Shown here: piece after piece, positions 35,333 to 44,664 of the stretch
Numbering within the stretch: position 1 is the stretch's first letter
How the letters are laid out: each line of letters opens with the position of its first letter
Program-made: the position numbers and the translations under genes
The notes under the pieces: generated by a model
The model's input: the letters and a program-made list of their open reading frames with translations, nothing else
The model's database searches: none
What the model was told of the DNA's origin: nothing
Assembly: GCA_037917685.1 (NCBI GenBank)
Contig: JAVCBU010000003.1
Span: 65,941-129,940, forward strand
Source of the DNA: Thermoproteota archaeon
GTDB lineage: Archaea; Korarchaeota; Korarchaeia; Korarchaeales; JAOZGB01
DNA length: 64,000 bases
Direction of reading: 5' to 3'

Positions 35333-37492
35333 TTGAGCGACGGCTTATATCTTGGTAAGTATCTTGATTCTAACGGAAACATAAAGGGAAAGTTTCAGAT
35401 TGGCCTGGAGGATTTGATGACACACGCATTCATACTCGGGATGACAGGTTCCGGGAAAACTGTTCTAGGCAAATGCATAGTTGAAGAGGCAGCTCTGAAT
35501 GGGGTGCCATCGATAGTAATCGACATTAAGGGTGATCTGACATCGCTAGCCCTCGTCCCGGAATCCCCGAGATTCGAACATGTTGCTCCAATTATGAAGT
35601 ACTTCGGCCTTGAACCCAAGGATTTCACCCGAAATGCTGAGCTTTACGATCTTAAACCTGAAAATTATAGGCGTCTTAGAGAAAATGTCAGGTTTAAGGT
35701 GTACACTCCCTTTTCGTCTAATGGAATCCTTCTGTCTTCAACTTCGATCCCGGAGTCTCCTAAAGATTTTAGAAAGATTTATGATGAAAACCCTGAGTAT
35801 GCTGTTAACCTTGTAGAAACTGTGGCTTCGAGCGTTCTGGCTAGGATCGGCAGGGCTGGTAGGAGAGAGTGGAAGTTCCTATCAGAGGTTATAAAGGAGG
35901 CCTGGCTGAACGACCTCGATCTTCAAGGAGTTGAAGGCCTAAAACTGCTTATTGGCATGATCCTTAACCCACCGTTTGAGAAGATTGGGGCGATGGATCT
36001 CGAGAGCTATTACCCCCTGAGGGAAAGGAAAAAACTTGCTATTAAGATCAACGATTTAATGGTTGGATCAGAGGCAATAATGCAAGTTGGGGAACCCCTT
36101 GACATAGACTCTATGATAGGGTCTGAGGATGGAAAAACCGTTGTTGCAATAATAAACCTCACCGAGGCCCCGTCTGATGTAGAAATGATGTTCACTGTTT
36201 CTAGAATTGCGTATCAACTGTATAGGTGGATGAGGGAAAAAGGCGGCGGGAAAAGGCCCAGGCTTATATTCTACGTCGACGAACTAGCAACAGGGGGGAA
36301 GGCAGGCCTTCTTCCACCATATCCCCATAATCCACCGTCCAAGCAGATTCTCAGCTTGCTACTAAAACAGGGTAGAGCATTTGGCCTCTCCTGCATATAC
36401 TCAACACAAAACCCGGGAGACGTAGACTACAAGGCACTGTCAAACTGTGGGATCTGGGCCATAGGACGGCTCACAACTGATAGAGATAGAAGGAAGGCCC
36501 TCGAAGGTGTTTCAATGGTAGTCTCAGGGGAGGAAAAACAGAAACTGTCAGAAATAATAGCGGGTTTGCAGCCCGGCTGCTTCGCTGTTAAGCTTAGAAG
36601 TGGGGAGATAAAGCTGATCAGGGAAAGGTGGCTGTACAGTATACATGTAACAATCCCTCCCTCCATGCTCTCCTACTTTAAACCTAAATCTAAAAAGAAG
36701 ATGGACAGGATCATTAAAAGGATAGAAAGAGAGGAGTATGAGATAAAATGGTACAATGCCAAAGAAGAGATATTTGGAAAACTCCAGTCGGATAGAAGAA
36801 GGAAGATAATAGGAATCTTCGGGATAACGGAGGCGCTGTCCAAAATATACGTTTTGAAAGTGCCTATAGCCATATACAGGATAGTATATTTTGAGAAAGC
36901 TCTCGTGGGGATAGTAAGAAAAAGATATAGAATATTTGAAAGGAGACGCTACCTTATGGTTGACTTACATAACGGCCTTATACTACAGCCTGAACCCGGA
37001 ATGTTTAGGATAGATGATGTAATCTCTAAACTTTACGGGATTCCAACAAAGTGTCTCAAAACACTTAAAGAAATATGCGAATCCGGCCAGGCAAGATATT
37101 CAAGCCTAGGAAGAAGGTGTGTCCAGAGGCTTGAGGAGGCGGGGCTTGTTTACAGACATAAACCTGAGGGATTGAGATACTATATTGTTAAACCAAGAAT
37201 TACCATAAACATATGGAATGTAGCAATAGAGAAGCCGCCCCTGGTAAGCAGGGTTGAAAGATTCGGAGACATAGAATATATGCTTAAGGAACGTTACGAC
37301 CATGAAAAGGTGAGAAGAATACTCGAGGCAATCCTAGGTGCAAAAGTAGAATATGTTAAAACTGTGCATCTGAAAGTGTTTGTTGGGGCATATATTGATG
37401 AGAAAGGTTCAACCTCGGTTCTTCCCCTCCACCCATACGAGGGTGGTGAGAAAATCATATCCGAGATGTTGTCCAATATCTACATACCTTAA
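35333..37492 (+). CDS. HerA/FtsK-superfamily P-loop ATPase (DUF87/DUF853-like) with a ~270-aa C-terminal extension containing a wHTH-like segment
   Basis: Walker A near the N-terminus (ILGMTGSGKTV) is followed by VIDIKGDL. Walker B is RLIFYVDEL, and STQNPGDVDYKALSNCGIWAIGRL is present. No HAS-barrel-sized N-terminal domain is present. The start is TTG, 16 nt after the macro gene. Confidence 0.7.
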   Translation: MSDGLYLGKYLDSNGNIKGKFQIGLEDLMTHAFILGMTGSGKTVLGKCIVEEAALNGVPSIVIDIKGDLTSLALVPESPRFEHVAPIMKYFGLEPKDFTRNAELYDLKPENYRRLRENVRFKVYTPFSSNGILLSSTSIPESPKDFRKIYDENPEYAVNLVETVASSVLARIGRAGRREWKFLSEVIKEAWLNDLDLQGVEGLKLLIGMILNPPFEKIGAMDLESYYPLRERKKLAIKINDLMVGSEAIMQVGEPLDIDSMIGSEDGKTVVAIINLTEAPSDVEMMFTVSRIAYQLYRWMREKGGGKRPRLIFYVDELATGGKAGLLPPYPHNPPSKQILSLLLKQGRAFGLSCIYSTQNPGDVDYKALSNCGIWAIGRLTTDRDRRKALEGVSMVVSGEEKQKLSEIIAGLQPGCFAVKLRSGEIKLIRERWLYSIHVTIPPSMLSYFKPKSKKKMDRIIKRIEREEYEIKWYNAKEEIFGKLQSDRRRKIIGIFGITEALSKIYVLKVPIAIYRIVYFEKALVGIVRKRYRIFERRRYLMVDLHNGLILQPEPGMFRIDDVISKLYGIPTKCLKTLKEICESGQARYSSLGRRCVQRLEEAGLVYRHKPEGLRYYIVKPRITINIWNVAIEKPPLVSRVERFGDIEYMLKERYDHEKVRRILEAILGAKVEYVKTVHLKVFVGAYIDEKGSTSVLPLHPYEGGEKIISEMLSNIYIP

Positions 37493-37518
37493 TAATTAAG
37501 CTGGGTTGAACACTGACG

Positions 37519-38544
37519 ATGAATGAAAGTCGCTCTACTACAAGTCATAAGGAGACATGGATAATATGGCTATTGACACTTGCCGCTGTCCCTTCGGTGA
37601 TGATTGTCAAGCCCGTCTTTAACGGGTTAGTCTATGGATTCATTTTGGGCTATATAACGCTCCCGCTGGTTGAGAGGATTGAGTCTAAAATAGGTGGTAG
37701 GAGAATATTGTCGCTCCTGCCGGTCCTACTTATAATACCTCTAACAATAGTGGTGTACCATTCTACTATAAGTTTTGTAAGAAGTATGATCTCATTCCTC
37801 AATAGCGAGCAGTTTATAGATTTCGTGAACTGGCTTGAACATTTTCTAAATAGGGTGATGGTTACGATAGGAGTGTCAGCTCAAGTTTCTATTAAAGAAC
37901 CAATACAAAGCTTTGTTGAGAGTATAAGTGTTGAATCCCTTCTTTTCTTTGCAGGAAAAATATTCCAGCTGACAATCGAACTTATCCTGGCAGCTACCGT
38001 CTCCTACTATACGGTTCTAGAAGGGAGGACCGTGTTTGAAAAGCTCGGAGTAATCTTCACATCTAAGGCCAATACTTTATATTCAAAGTTCGCTGCAGAA
38101 CTTAAAAGGAATATAGATGGCTTTATCTTCGGCTACATACTTACAGCAGGTTTTCAGGGGGCAGCTGCATCCATACTCTTCCTGGCTGAAGGCTTAGATT
38201 TCTGGATGACGGCGGGATTTCTAACCTTTATCGTCAGCGTCTTACCGGTTCTTGGCGCACCTGTAGTATTTACACCTATTGCAGTCTATCAGATCGTGAA
38301 TGGCTACGTCCTAGAGGCGGCTACTACAATACTATATGGTATTATTGTGTTGACAATAATACCCACATTCATAATATACCCAAAGCTGACGAGCAGAAGG
38401 GGAGAAATACATCCTCTAATCGTACTCATAGGTGTTATAGGTGGAGCCACCGCGTTCGGAGCAGCCGGCATATTCGTTGGACCCTTGATACTTAGCGTTC
38501 TGTCCACAATCGTTAGAATGATCCCTGAAATGTTAAAGCGTTGA
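37519..38544 (+). CDS. AI-2E/PerM-family (UPF0118) membrane transporter
   Basis: It is polytopic, with a characteristic C-terminal half (VLPVLGAPVVFTPIAVYQ ... IGGATAFGAAGIFVGPLILSV). Confidence 0.7.
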   Translation: MNESRSTTSHKETWIIWLLTLAAVPSVMIVKPVFNGLVYGFILGYITLPLVERIESKIGGRRILSLLPVLLIIPLTIVVYHSTISFVRSMISFLNSEQFIDFVNWLEHFLNRVMVTIGVSAQVSIKEPIQSFVESISVESLLFFAGKIFQLTIELILAATVSYYTVLEGRTVFEKLGVIFTSKANTLYSKFAAELKRNIDGFIFGYILTAGFQGAAASILFLAEGLDFWMTAGFLTFIVSVLPVLGAPVVFTPIAVYQIVNGYVLEAATTILYGIIVLTIIPTFIIYPKLTSRRGEIHPLIVLIGVIGGATAFGAAGIFVGPLILSVLSTIVRMIPEMLKR

Positions 38545-39213
38545 CGGTAAAAGCCTAAGCATCTCCAGACATAGATCTACGAGTAACGGCATTTCTTCCC
38601 TTGCAAACTTACGGGTAGATGATATCCGTGCAGGAAACCCCCTAAAAACAACAGCTACCCAGCATGGGCTTTCAACCCTGAAGCTATAGATGTACTTATA
38701 AACTTCGGCATCGCTAAAATCAAGGCTACCTACAAAACCTGCAGGTACAATCTTTGAAAACCTTATGTTAGGCCTGGGAACCGGCAGAACATATAGCCTG
38801 TGAGTATCCTCACTAAAAACCTTTTTTAAAAAACTACTTACGAGTTGAGACGATGCTGCTGTCCGGGCAAGTCTGTTAGGTCTGGCGGCTCCTGGAACCC
38901 TTAGCGTGGAGAAAGCCATCTTTCCATCTTTCCAAACAAGTTTAAAACCATACTTAGCAGCTGATTTTAAAATCCCCTTAAGAGGTTTATAAGCTGATAT
39001 AACAATGCATCCCAGACCAGCATAGCTTCCAGGCGATGCCAGAGAGCCTACGAATTCCATGAAAACTCTAACGTTCTCTCCGAAAAGATAGGTTACTGCA
39101 TCCAAGGACGCGTCAACAAGTCTTAGTCTACCTTTAACTGTAGAGTTAAAAGCCTTTACAATGGTGGCTGCTGTTGGAAAGAGGTCCATGAATAGGTTTA
39201 TATTGTCGTTCAA
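38533..39213 (-). CDS. Hypothetical protein
   Basis: This 226-aa ORF overlaps the upstream DUF211 gene stop by 4 nt. No family was recognised. Confidence 0.4.
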   Translation of the reverse strand: MNDNINLFMDLFPTAATIVKAFNSTVKGRLRLVDASLDAVTYLFGENVRVFMEFVGSLASPGSYAGLGCIVISAYKPLKGILKSAAKYGFKLVWKDGKMAFSTLRVPGAARPNRLARTAASSQLVSSFLKKVFSEDTHRLYVLPVPRPNIRFSKIVPAGFVGSLDFSDAEVYKYIYSFRVESPCWVAVVFRGFPARISSTRKFAREEMPLLVDLCLEMLRLLPSTL

Positions 39214-39485
39214 TCTGAGACTTCTCCTTCGATTTTCTCAACTGAAACCTCATCTATACTTCTTATAGCTGTCCCGACTTCCTTTGCAGCCTCTAAAACC
39301 ATATCATAGTCTATGTTTCTACCCTCAATCTTTATCCTCACGGTTTCTGTTCTCTCATCTACCTCCCTGACGGTTGCAACCACATTTAGTACTCCCGGGA
39401 CATTACATAGTGCTCTTGACAGGTCTATAATCGTTGTCTCTCTCGGCTTAAGGGCGTCCAACACGATTGTCTTAACACCTATCAT
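39210..39485 (-). CDS. DUF211 (COG1888) small protein
   Basis: The sequence IVLDALKPRETTIIDLSRALCNVPGVLNVVATVREVDERTETVRIKIEGRNIDYD...IRSIDEV matches my memory of the DUF211 pattern. It is paired with a VIT1-like gene, as is common in archaea. Confidence 0.65.
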   Translation of the reverse strand: MIGVKTIVLDALKPRETTIIDLSRALCNVPGVLNVVATVREVDERTETVRIKIEGRNIDYDMVLEAAKEVGTAIRSIDEVSVEKIEGEVSD

Positions 39486-39488
39486 ATC

Positions 39489-40130
39489 CTAAACACCTAA
39501 ATTACCTATTGCAGACAGTATAAGGGCTGTAGCTATTCCCACAATAACCATCCTTAAACCATACTTAATCATCCCATTACCAGAAAGTCTGCCGAGATAC
39601 GCACCTAAAATAAAGAGTAAACTAAATATAATCCCAATTGAAAGTAAGGCTGCATATTCCACAGGAATCAAAGTTTTGACTGCTAGAATGTAGGGAACAA
39701 GCGATATCACGGATACTGCGGCGGGAGAAGCTCCGTCGATCAAGGCTGCTATAATCGTTGCGTAATTTAAAGCTTTCTCAAGCCTTGTTCCCGAGAGATC
39801 CATAAACATGGCCTCTTCTATCTCTCTTATGTCTTTCTCCCTCTCAGCCTTTTCAGCCATGTAAGCCCCTGTGAGGCCTGAAACCATCATTGCAATGGTG
39901 GCACCAATTCCTGCTCCGATTATGGTGCTTGGAGACCCGTTCCCAGCAATGTGGGCTCCTACTATCACCCCTAGCGTTGTCATAGCACCGTCGAACGCGT
40001 TAAGAGCGAAGTACCTCCTTCCAATCTCCCCAAGATCCGAAAACCTGGCGTATTCCTTCAGATCTCTCCATAACCCCCTTATTTTTACTGGAATAATCGC
40101 ATTTACAATCTTCTCTGAGGCTTCCCCCAA
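39489..40130 (-). CDS. VIT1/CCC1-family (COG1814) membrane protein
   Basis: An N-terminal cytosolic segment is followed by Gly/Ala-rich TM helices (GAGIGATIAMMVSGLTGAYMAEKAEREKD). Confidence 0.6.
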   Translation of the reverse strand: MGEASEKIVNAIIPVKIRGLWRDLKEYARFSDLGEIGRRYFALNAFDGAMTTLGVIVGAHIAGNGSPSTIIGAGIGATIAMMVSGLTGAYMAEKAEREKDIREIEEAMFMDLSGTRLEKALNYATIIAALIDGASPAAVSVISLVPYILAVKTLIPVEYAALLSIGIIFSLLFILGAYLGRLSGNGMIKYGLRMVIVGIATALILSAIGNLGV

Positions 40131-40287
40131 CCTCCTTTATTCCTCATAAATACCTGTGAGCCCCTTAATTAAAAGCTTATCGGTTAGAGTTGAGCATTAA
40201 AACCGTACATCCATTGAATATTCTATTTTACATAGGAAAACAACTAAGTAACTACTAATGTATAATGTTCTACCTAAACCCTCTGTT

Positions 40288-40752
40288 TCATCGTCTCTGA
40301 CCGAGCTTCATGCTACCATAGGCTTTAAGCCAGAATTTAATAACGCTTGGAAGTATATCATCGAGTTCAGGGCCTTTTCCTATTCCTCTACATCTATCTT
40401 GGAGGTAAACATAGAATGTTCTATCCTCATACTGGTACAAAGCGGAATCATCCTCATGCGGCTCTAATGGGCTAGTCCTTATAACGAAGGGGTAAAGCTT
40501 ACATACCCGTGGCTTATCGGCCTGTATAGTACATACCGACTGGTAAGGCTTAAATATTAGAAATGGACAGGAAACCCCAGCATCTTTGAGGATTAATCTG
40601 TTCGCGGCCATTTTAACTCTGATCCCGTAGATCCTACTGTACTTCAATGCTTCCCAGTATGTTATAGGTACCATATACTCTATACAGCAATCCCCGCATC
40701 TGATACATTTCCAACGCTTAGCCCTTGTCCATGGAACCAGTCCCATAGACAA
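40288..40752 (-). CDS. YkgJ-family (UPF0153) Cys-cluster Zn/Fe-binding protein
   Basis: The N-terminal CIRCGDCC motif plus downstream Cys residues (CPFL, CTIQ, CKLYP) match the family. Confidence 0.7.
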   Translation of the reverse strand: MSMGLVPWTRAKRWKCIRCGDCCIEYMVPITYWEALKYSRIYGIRVKMAANRLILKDAGVSCPFLIFKPYQSVCTIQADKPRVCKLYPFVIRTSPLEPHEDDSALYQYEDRTFYVYLQDRCRGIGKGPELDDILPSVIKFWLKAYGSMKLGQRR

Positions 40753-40810
40753 TTATAGTATTTGTGGAGGAAGAAAATAAATTCTACCAGTTTATAATAT
40801 CTAGTCAGAA

Positions 40811-41014
40811 ATGAGGAAAAAGAAAACCCAGGAAGTGATTTCTAGGGCCCTATACGCGGACGATCCTCACCTATATACTGTTGTGTACCGTGACTACGAC
40901 CAGCTGGTAGAGGAGGGTCTAATAGCTTTTTTGGAGAGGGAGATCCCTGCTCATAGGATTGTTGCAATCTACAGAGACGGGGTGATAGTATATAGGAAAG
41001 GGGAAAAGCCCTAA
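40811..41014 (+). CDS. MJ1316/DUF504-like small protein (RNA cyclic-phosphate end recognition domain family)
   Basis: It is 67 aa, with YTVVYRDY...IPAHRIVAIYRDGVIVYRKG resembling the UPF0248 signature. Confidence 0.5.
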   Translation: MRKKKTQEVISRALYADDPHLYTVVYRDYDQLVEEGLIAFLEREIPAHRIVAIYRDGVIVYRKGEKP

Positions 41015-41023
41015 AGGCTGAGA

Positions 41024-41096
41024 TGGCCGGTCAGACCGCCCGTCCTCCAGCATAGCCCTTAAAGGCCTACGGGTAAAGAAATTGTCATCATCGGCC
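41024..41096 (-). ncRNA. Possible long C/D-box-like sRNA
   Basis: In minus sense it reads UGGCCG-AUGAUGA-(50 nt)-CUGA-C-CGGCCA. A 6-bp terminal stem brackets a C box (41090-41084) and a D box (41033-41030). The internal C'/D' boxes are poor. Confidence 0.35.
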
Positions 41097-41133
41097 AATA
41101 TTATAAACCAGTCCACACTTAAAATTCATACGC

Positions 41134-42201
41134 TTATGGTATTATCTCTACGGTATTGTTATATTTAGGGTATAGTAAAAAGTCTTTATTTATTATTCCC
41201 TCCTCTATAACCTGTGCTATGGTGTCAAGATGTGTTCTCAGGCTGTCTATTGTAGATTTCACAGTTTTACAGACACTTCTAAATCCTCTGTCCCCCCAGA
41301 GTCTTTCAATATGTGCATATAAGCATCTCCCACCGCAGTACTTAAAGTATTCACAGCTTGTACACGGCTCACCAATACCGACCTTTTCCAGTAGATCATC
41401 GGGTTTTGCAGGTAAATCTGCAAGGTACGCCCATTTTGAATCTACAGCTATTGGACATGCAATAATTCTACCATCTGTAGTAACTGTGAAGGAGTCGGTT
41501 CCAGCGCCGCAGGGTGGGGCTTGAAGCCCCCCTTTCATCATTCCCTTAACAATCCCCTGGAAGGGAGCTATGCCATAGATGATCCCATTTCTCAGACCTT
41601 CAACCCAAAACCTAACTAGCTTACTTACTCCGGGGATGTAGAGACTTTCGGACCAGTCGTCGAAGTTGCGCCACCTATCACTCCAGACGACGTCTAGCTG
41701 CCAGTGTATGTGGTCAAAAACCCTAAGGCTTAAAAGGTGTAATACGTCAAGGTATACATCGCTAACCGTTGAAACAGTCATCCTAGCTATTAGATCCCCC
41801 GTAAACCCTGCTCTGCGGATTTGAGCTGCAGCCTCTAAAACCCTCTTGTAGACTCCTCTACCCCGATAGTAATCAGTAACCTCCTCTCTACCGTCGATAG
41901 AGAGGAGAACCGCATCAAACCTACGCCAATACTCATCTTGAAGCCTTTTATACACTATTCCGTTTGTTTGGATCACGAACTTCGCATCATACCTGCTCAT
42001 AACTTCAACGATGAAATCTGTATTTAGCAAGGGTTCACCGCCATAGAAAGCTATCACAGGGTTTTCATCTCCTTCTATGAGTGTGTCCAGCACGCTAATA
42101 TCATACTCTACCCTCCACGGCACTAGCCTTTCAGGAAAGCTTCCACCACAGTATATACAATTAAGATTACACCTACCTGTAGTCATCAGTATGTAAAGCA
42201 T
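41134..42201 (-). CDS. Radical SAM enzyme with C-terminal SPASM domain (anSME/peptide-maturase-like)
   Basis: The CNLNCIYCGG cluster is near the N-terminus and a C-terminal CGAG...CTSCEYFKYCGGRC auxiliary-cluster motif is present. The start was chosen at MLYILMTTGR; the track ORF begins at 42234. Confidence 0.8.
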   Translation of the reverse strand: MLYILMTTGRCNLNCIYCGGSFPERLVPWRVEYDISVLDTLIEGDENPVIAFYGGEPLLNTDFIVEVMSRYDAKFVIQTNGIVYKRLQDEYWRRFDAVLLSIDGREEVTDYYRGRGVYKRVLEAAAQIRRAGFTGDLIARMTVSTVSDVYLDVLHLLSLRVFDHIHWQLDVVWSDRWRNFDDWSESLYIPGVSKLVRFWVEGLRNGIIYGIAPFQGIVKGMMKGGLQAPPCGAGTDSFTVTTDGRIIACPIAVDSKWAYLADLPAKPDDLLEKVGIGEPCTSCEYFKYCGGRCLYAHIERLWGDRGFRSVCKTVKSTIDSLRTHLDTIAQVIEEGIINKDFLLYPKYNNTVEIIP

Positions 42202-43096
42202 AGTTCTCAACCCTTCCTGTAAGCCTGTACTCATTCTCCGGGATTAGGTGGGATCCGTCACATGAGGGCCCTGTGTTTAGCTGGGGAAAGTCCTCCCGGC
42301 ATGTTGAAAAGGTCAAACCGTAGTCAGAAGCAACTTCCCCTACTAGCTTCATAAGCCGGTATCTCTCCTTCTTGGGAAGGTATAAGTATCCTGAGATCCT
42401 TTCTCCCGATAGGTATAACTCTTTAATCCTACCTGAAACGGTGGGGAAAACCCGGGTAATCCTTGCCATGCTGTCCCATCTTGCCTTGAAAGTTGATGAG
42501 ATAATGTGTTGCGCCCCGGCTTCAGCTGCAGCCTTGACTACTATTCTTATGGACTCTTCTGAACTGTTTAGTAAGGGTACTATTGGATCAATCCTTACAG
42601 AGCATTTTACTCCTTTATCTGAGAGTATTCTGAGAGCTTCTAGTCTTAAATTAGGACTAGAAGCGTGTGGTTCAAGCTTTTTAGAAAGTTTTTCATCTAT
42701 GGTTGTGATTGTGAAGCTTACAGATGCTGTTTTCCTAATAAGGTCGGCGTCCCTTACTGCTAGATGAGACTTTGTAACTATGATAACTTTCACTCCATGC
42801 TTCAATGACAATTCAAGTAAAAACCTAGTATACCTATACCTCCTTTCTAGAGGTTGATATGGATCTGAGCTGGCTGAAGCTTCCAGTATGCTGCCTGGTT
42901 TGATCTTTAAAATCTCTTTTGCAAATCTCCTGTTAAAATCCTTTTTCGGCCTGGGGTTAAAGGCATCTTTAATATATCCTGTGATGTAGCAATAGATGCA
43001 TCCATGGCCACAGCCTGTATAGGGGGCTACGCTATACTTGAAGGGGCAGGTACATAGACTTGAGCGCCAAGGGTCAAACACGTCTATGAGTGGCAA
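42173..43096 (-). CDS. Radical SAM protein, SplB/COG1533-like
   Basis: The sequence YTGCGHGCIYCYI contains the CxxxCxxC motif. The size (~300 aa) and layout match SPL-family radical SAM proteins. Confidence 0.75.
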   Translation of the reverse strand: MPLIDVFDPWRSSLCTCPFKYSVAPYTGCGHGCIYCYITGYIKDAFNPRPKKDFNRRFAKEILKIKPGSILEASASSDPYQPLERRYRYTRFLLELSLKHGVKVIIVTKSHLAVRDADLIRKTASVSFTITTIDEKLSKKLEPHASSPNLRLEALRILSDKGVKCSVRIDPIVPLLNSSEESIRIVVKAAAEAGAQHIISSTFKARWDSMARITRVFPTVSGRIKELYLSGERISGYLYLPKKERYRLMKLVGEVASDYGLTFSTCREDFPQLNTGPSCDGSHLIPENEYRLTGRVENYALHTDDYR

Positions 43097-43212
43097 GCTC
43101 GACCACTATCCTCGAACACTGATTCTACGATCCTCGGTGATCTTATGATCATTATGTGCTAAGGAAAGCTTTAAATATGTTAAAGTTATGATGCGGGTAA
43201 GAGGGGTCATAT

Positions 43213-43437
43213 ATGCCGGTGGTTTACTGTCTTATAAGAACCAGGGTTGGCAGGGAATGGGATGTTGCAAACAGGATTAAAAAGCTCAAATATGTAACGG
43301 AGGCTTTCCCTGTCTACGGGGACTGGGATGTCATTGTGAGAATCGAATCCAAAGTTTACGAAGTAGTAGATGAAATAATAACTAAGATAAGGGGCATGGA
43401 ACACATACTTGAAACGAAGACATTATTCGGACCCTAA
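43213..43437 (+). CDS. Stand-alone Lrp/AsnC ligand-binding (RAM) domain protein
   Basis: It is 74 aa. The sequence YCLIRTRVGREWDVANRIKKLKYVTEAFPVYGDWDVIVRIE fits the AsnC_trans_reg fold pattern. Confidence 0.6.
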   Translation: MPVVYCLIRTRVGREWDVANRIKKLKYVTEAFPVYGDWDVIVRIESKVYEVVDEIITKIRGMEHILETKTLFGP

Positions 43438-43480
43438 ACCTCTACTTTTATTAGTCTCACCCCCTATATTTTCGGGGGGT

Positions 43481-44662
43481 ATGAACCCGAAGAGGCAACT
43501 TTTACTTTTGATTATCGGATGGATAGCGGTAGCATGTAGCTCGGGCCTGATTTCCTTCGCATTACCTTTAATAAAGAAAGAGTGGGGGCTCACCGGCGGC
43601 CAGTCAGGGATAATGCTCAATGCATTTCTCGTTGGGATGTTGGCTGGAGCGAGCATATTTGGTAGAATATCGGATGTGAAGGGCAGGAAATATGGATGTA
43701 TGTTATCCCTACTACTTCTGCTCTTTGGTACTGTTGCCTGTGGTTTAGCCCCTAACTGGATGGTTATGGCTCTACTGCGGCTAATAGCTGGGCTGGGTGC
43801 TACAGGGTACATGGTGTCCGCAAGCACTTTACTTATTGAAACTTCTCCTTCAAAGGTGCGGGGTAGATACGTCGCGATACTTGAGTCAGGCTGGGCTTAT
43901 GGCTGGCTATTGGCGTCATATCTGGGGCTGATACTTGCTCCAACCTACGGGTGGAGGCCTGTATTCGCAGGAGGATTGATTTCAGCCCTAGCTTTAATCT
44001 CTGTTCTCAACGCGGAAGAGTCGGAAGTATATATGCGTGCAGTTAGAGTTCCTTTCACAAAAGCCCTCAAAACACTGTTGTCAAAAAAGTATTTGAAAAC
44101 CACAATAATGCTATGGATACATTGGATCTGTATTGTACTCGCCTACTGGGGAATATTCCTCTGGCTTCCAAACATCTTCTACGAGGAGAGAGGTTTAACT
44201 CTAGTTAAATCTCTTAGGTATTCCTTCTTCATAACCCTAGCTCAGATTCCAGGTTACTGGAGCGGTGCATACTTCATAGAGAAGCTGGGAAGGAAGAAAA
44301 GTCTCTCACTTTATATGTTAATCGCCGGGCTTGGAAGCATACTCTACATGTACTCATGGTCTGAATTGCAAATTGTGGCATCAGCACTCCTAATTTCAAT
44401 ATTCAACCTTGGAGCTTGGGGCATAACCTATGCCTACACTCCTGAGCTCTACCCCACAAAGGTCAGGGGTCTAGGAGCAGGATGGGCGAACATGATGGGG
44501 AGGATAGGTGGAATACTAGGACCATTCATGGTTGGAATAGTAAAAGACATCACTGGAGGATACCTCGCAGCATTTATCATGTTCGCAGGCGTACATATAG
44601 CCTCAGCCCTGGCAGTCGCCCTTCTAGGAGTTGAAACCATGGGGGAGAAACTGGAGGAGTAA
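43481..44662 (+). CDS. Major facilitator superfamily transporter
   Basis: It has 12-TM-like hydropathy and the MFS loop motif GRISDVKGRKY. The ATG at 43481 was chosen; the track ORF starts at 43409, inside the upstream gene. Confidence 0.8.
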   Translation: MNPKRQLLLLIIGWIAVACSSGLISFALPLIKKEWGLTGGQSGIMLNAFLVGMLAGASIFGRISDVKGRKYGCMLSLLLLLFGTVACGLAPNWMVMALLRLIAGLGATGYMVSASTLLIETSPSKVRGRYVAILESGWAYGWLLASYLGLILAPTYGWRPVFAGGLISALALISVLNAEESEVYMRAVRVPFTKALKTLLSKKYLKTTIMLWIHWICIVLAYWGIFLWLPNIFYEERGLTLVKSLRYSFFITLAQIPGYWSGAYFIEKLGRKKSLSLYMLIAGLGSILYMYSWSELQIVASALLISIFNLGAWGITYAYTPELYPTKVRGLGAGWANMMGRIGGILGPFMVGIVKDITGGYLAAFIMFAGVHIASALAVALLGVETMGEKLEE

Positions 44663-44664
44663 CA

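Noticed and set aside
43423-43827. A 134-aa minus-strand ORF, plus the 44449-44751 and 46216-46567 shadow ORFs
   Set aside because: They are antisense to or overlap the MFS transporter, ArsR-like and DUF4097 genes. Those genes have coherent hydropathy or motifs, and these shadow ORFs do not.
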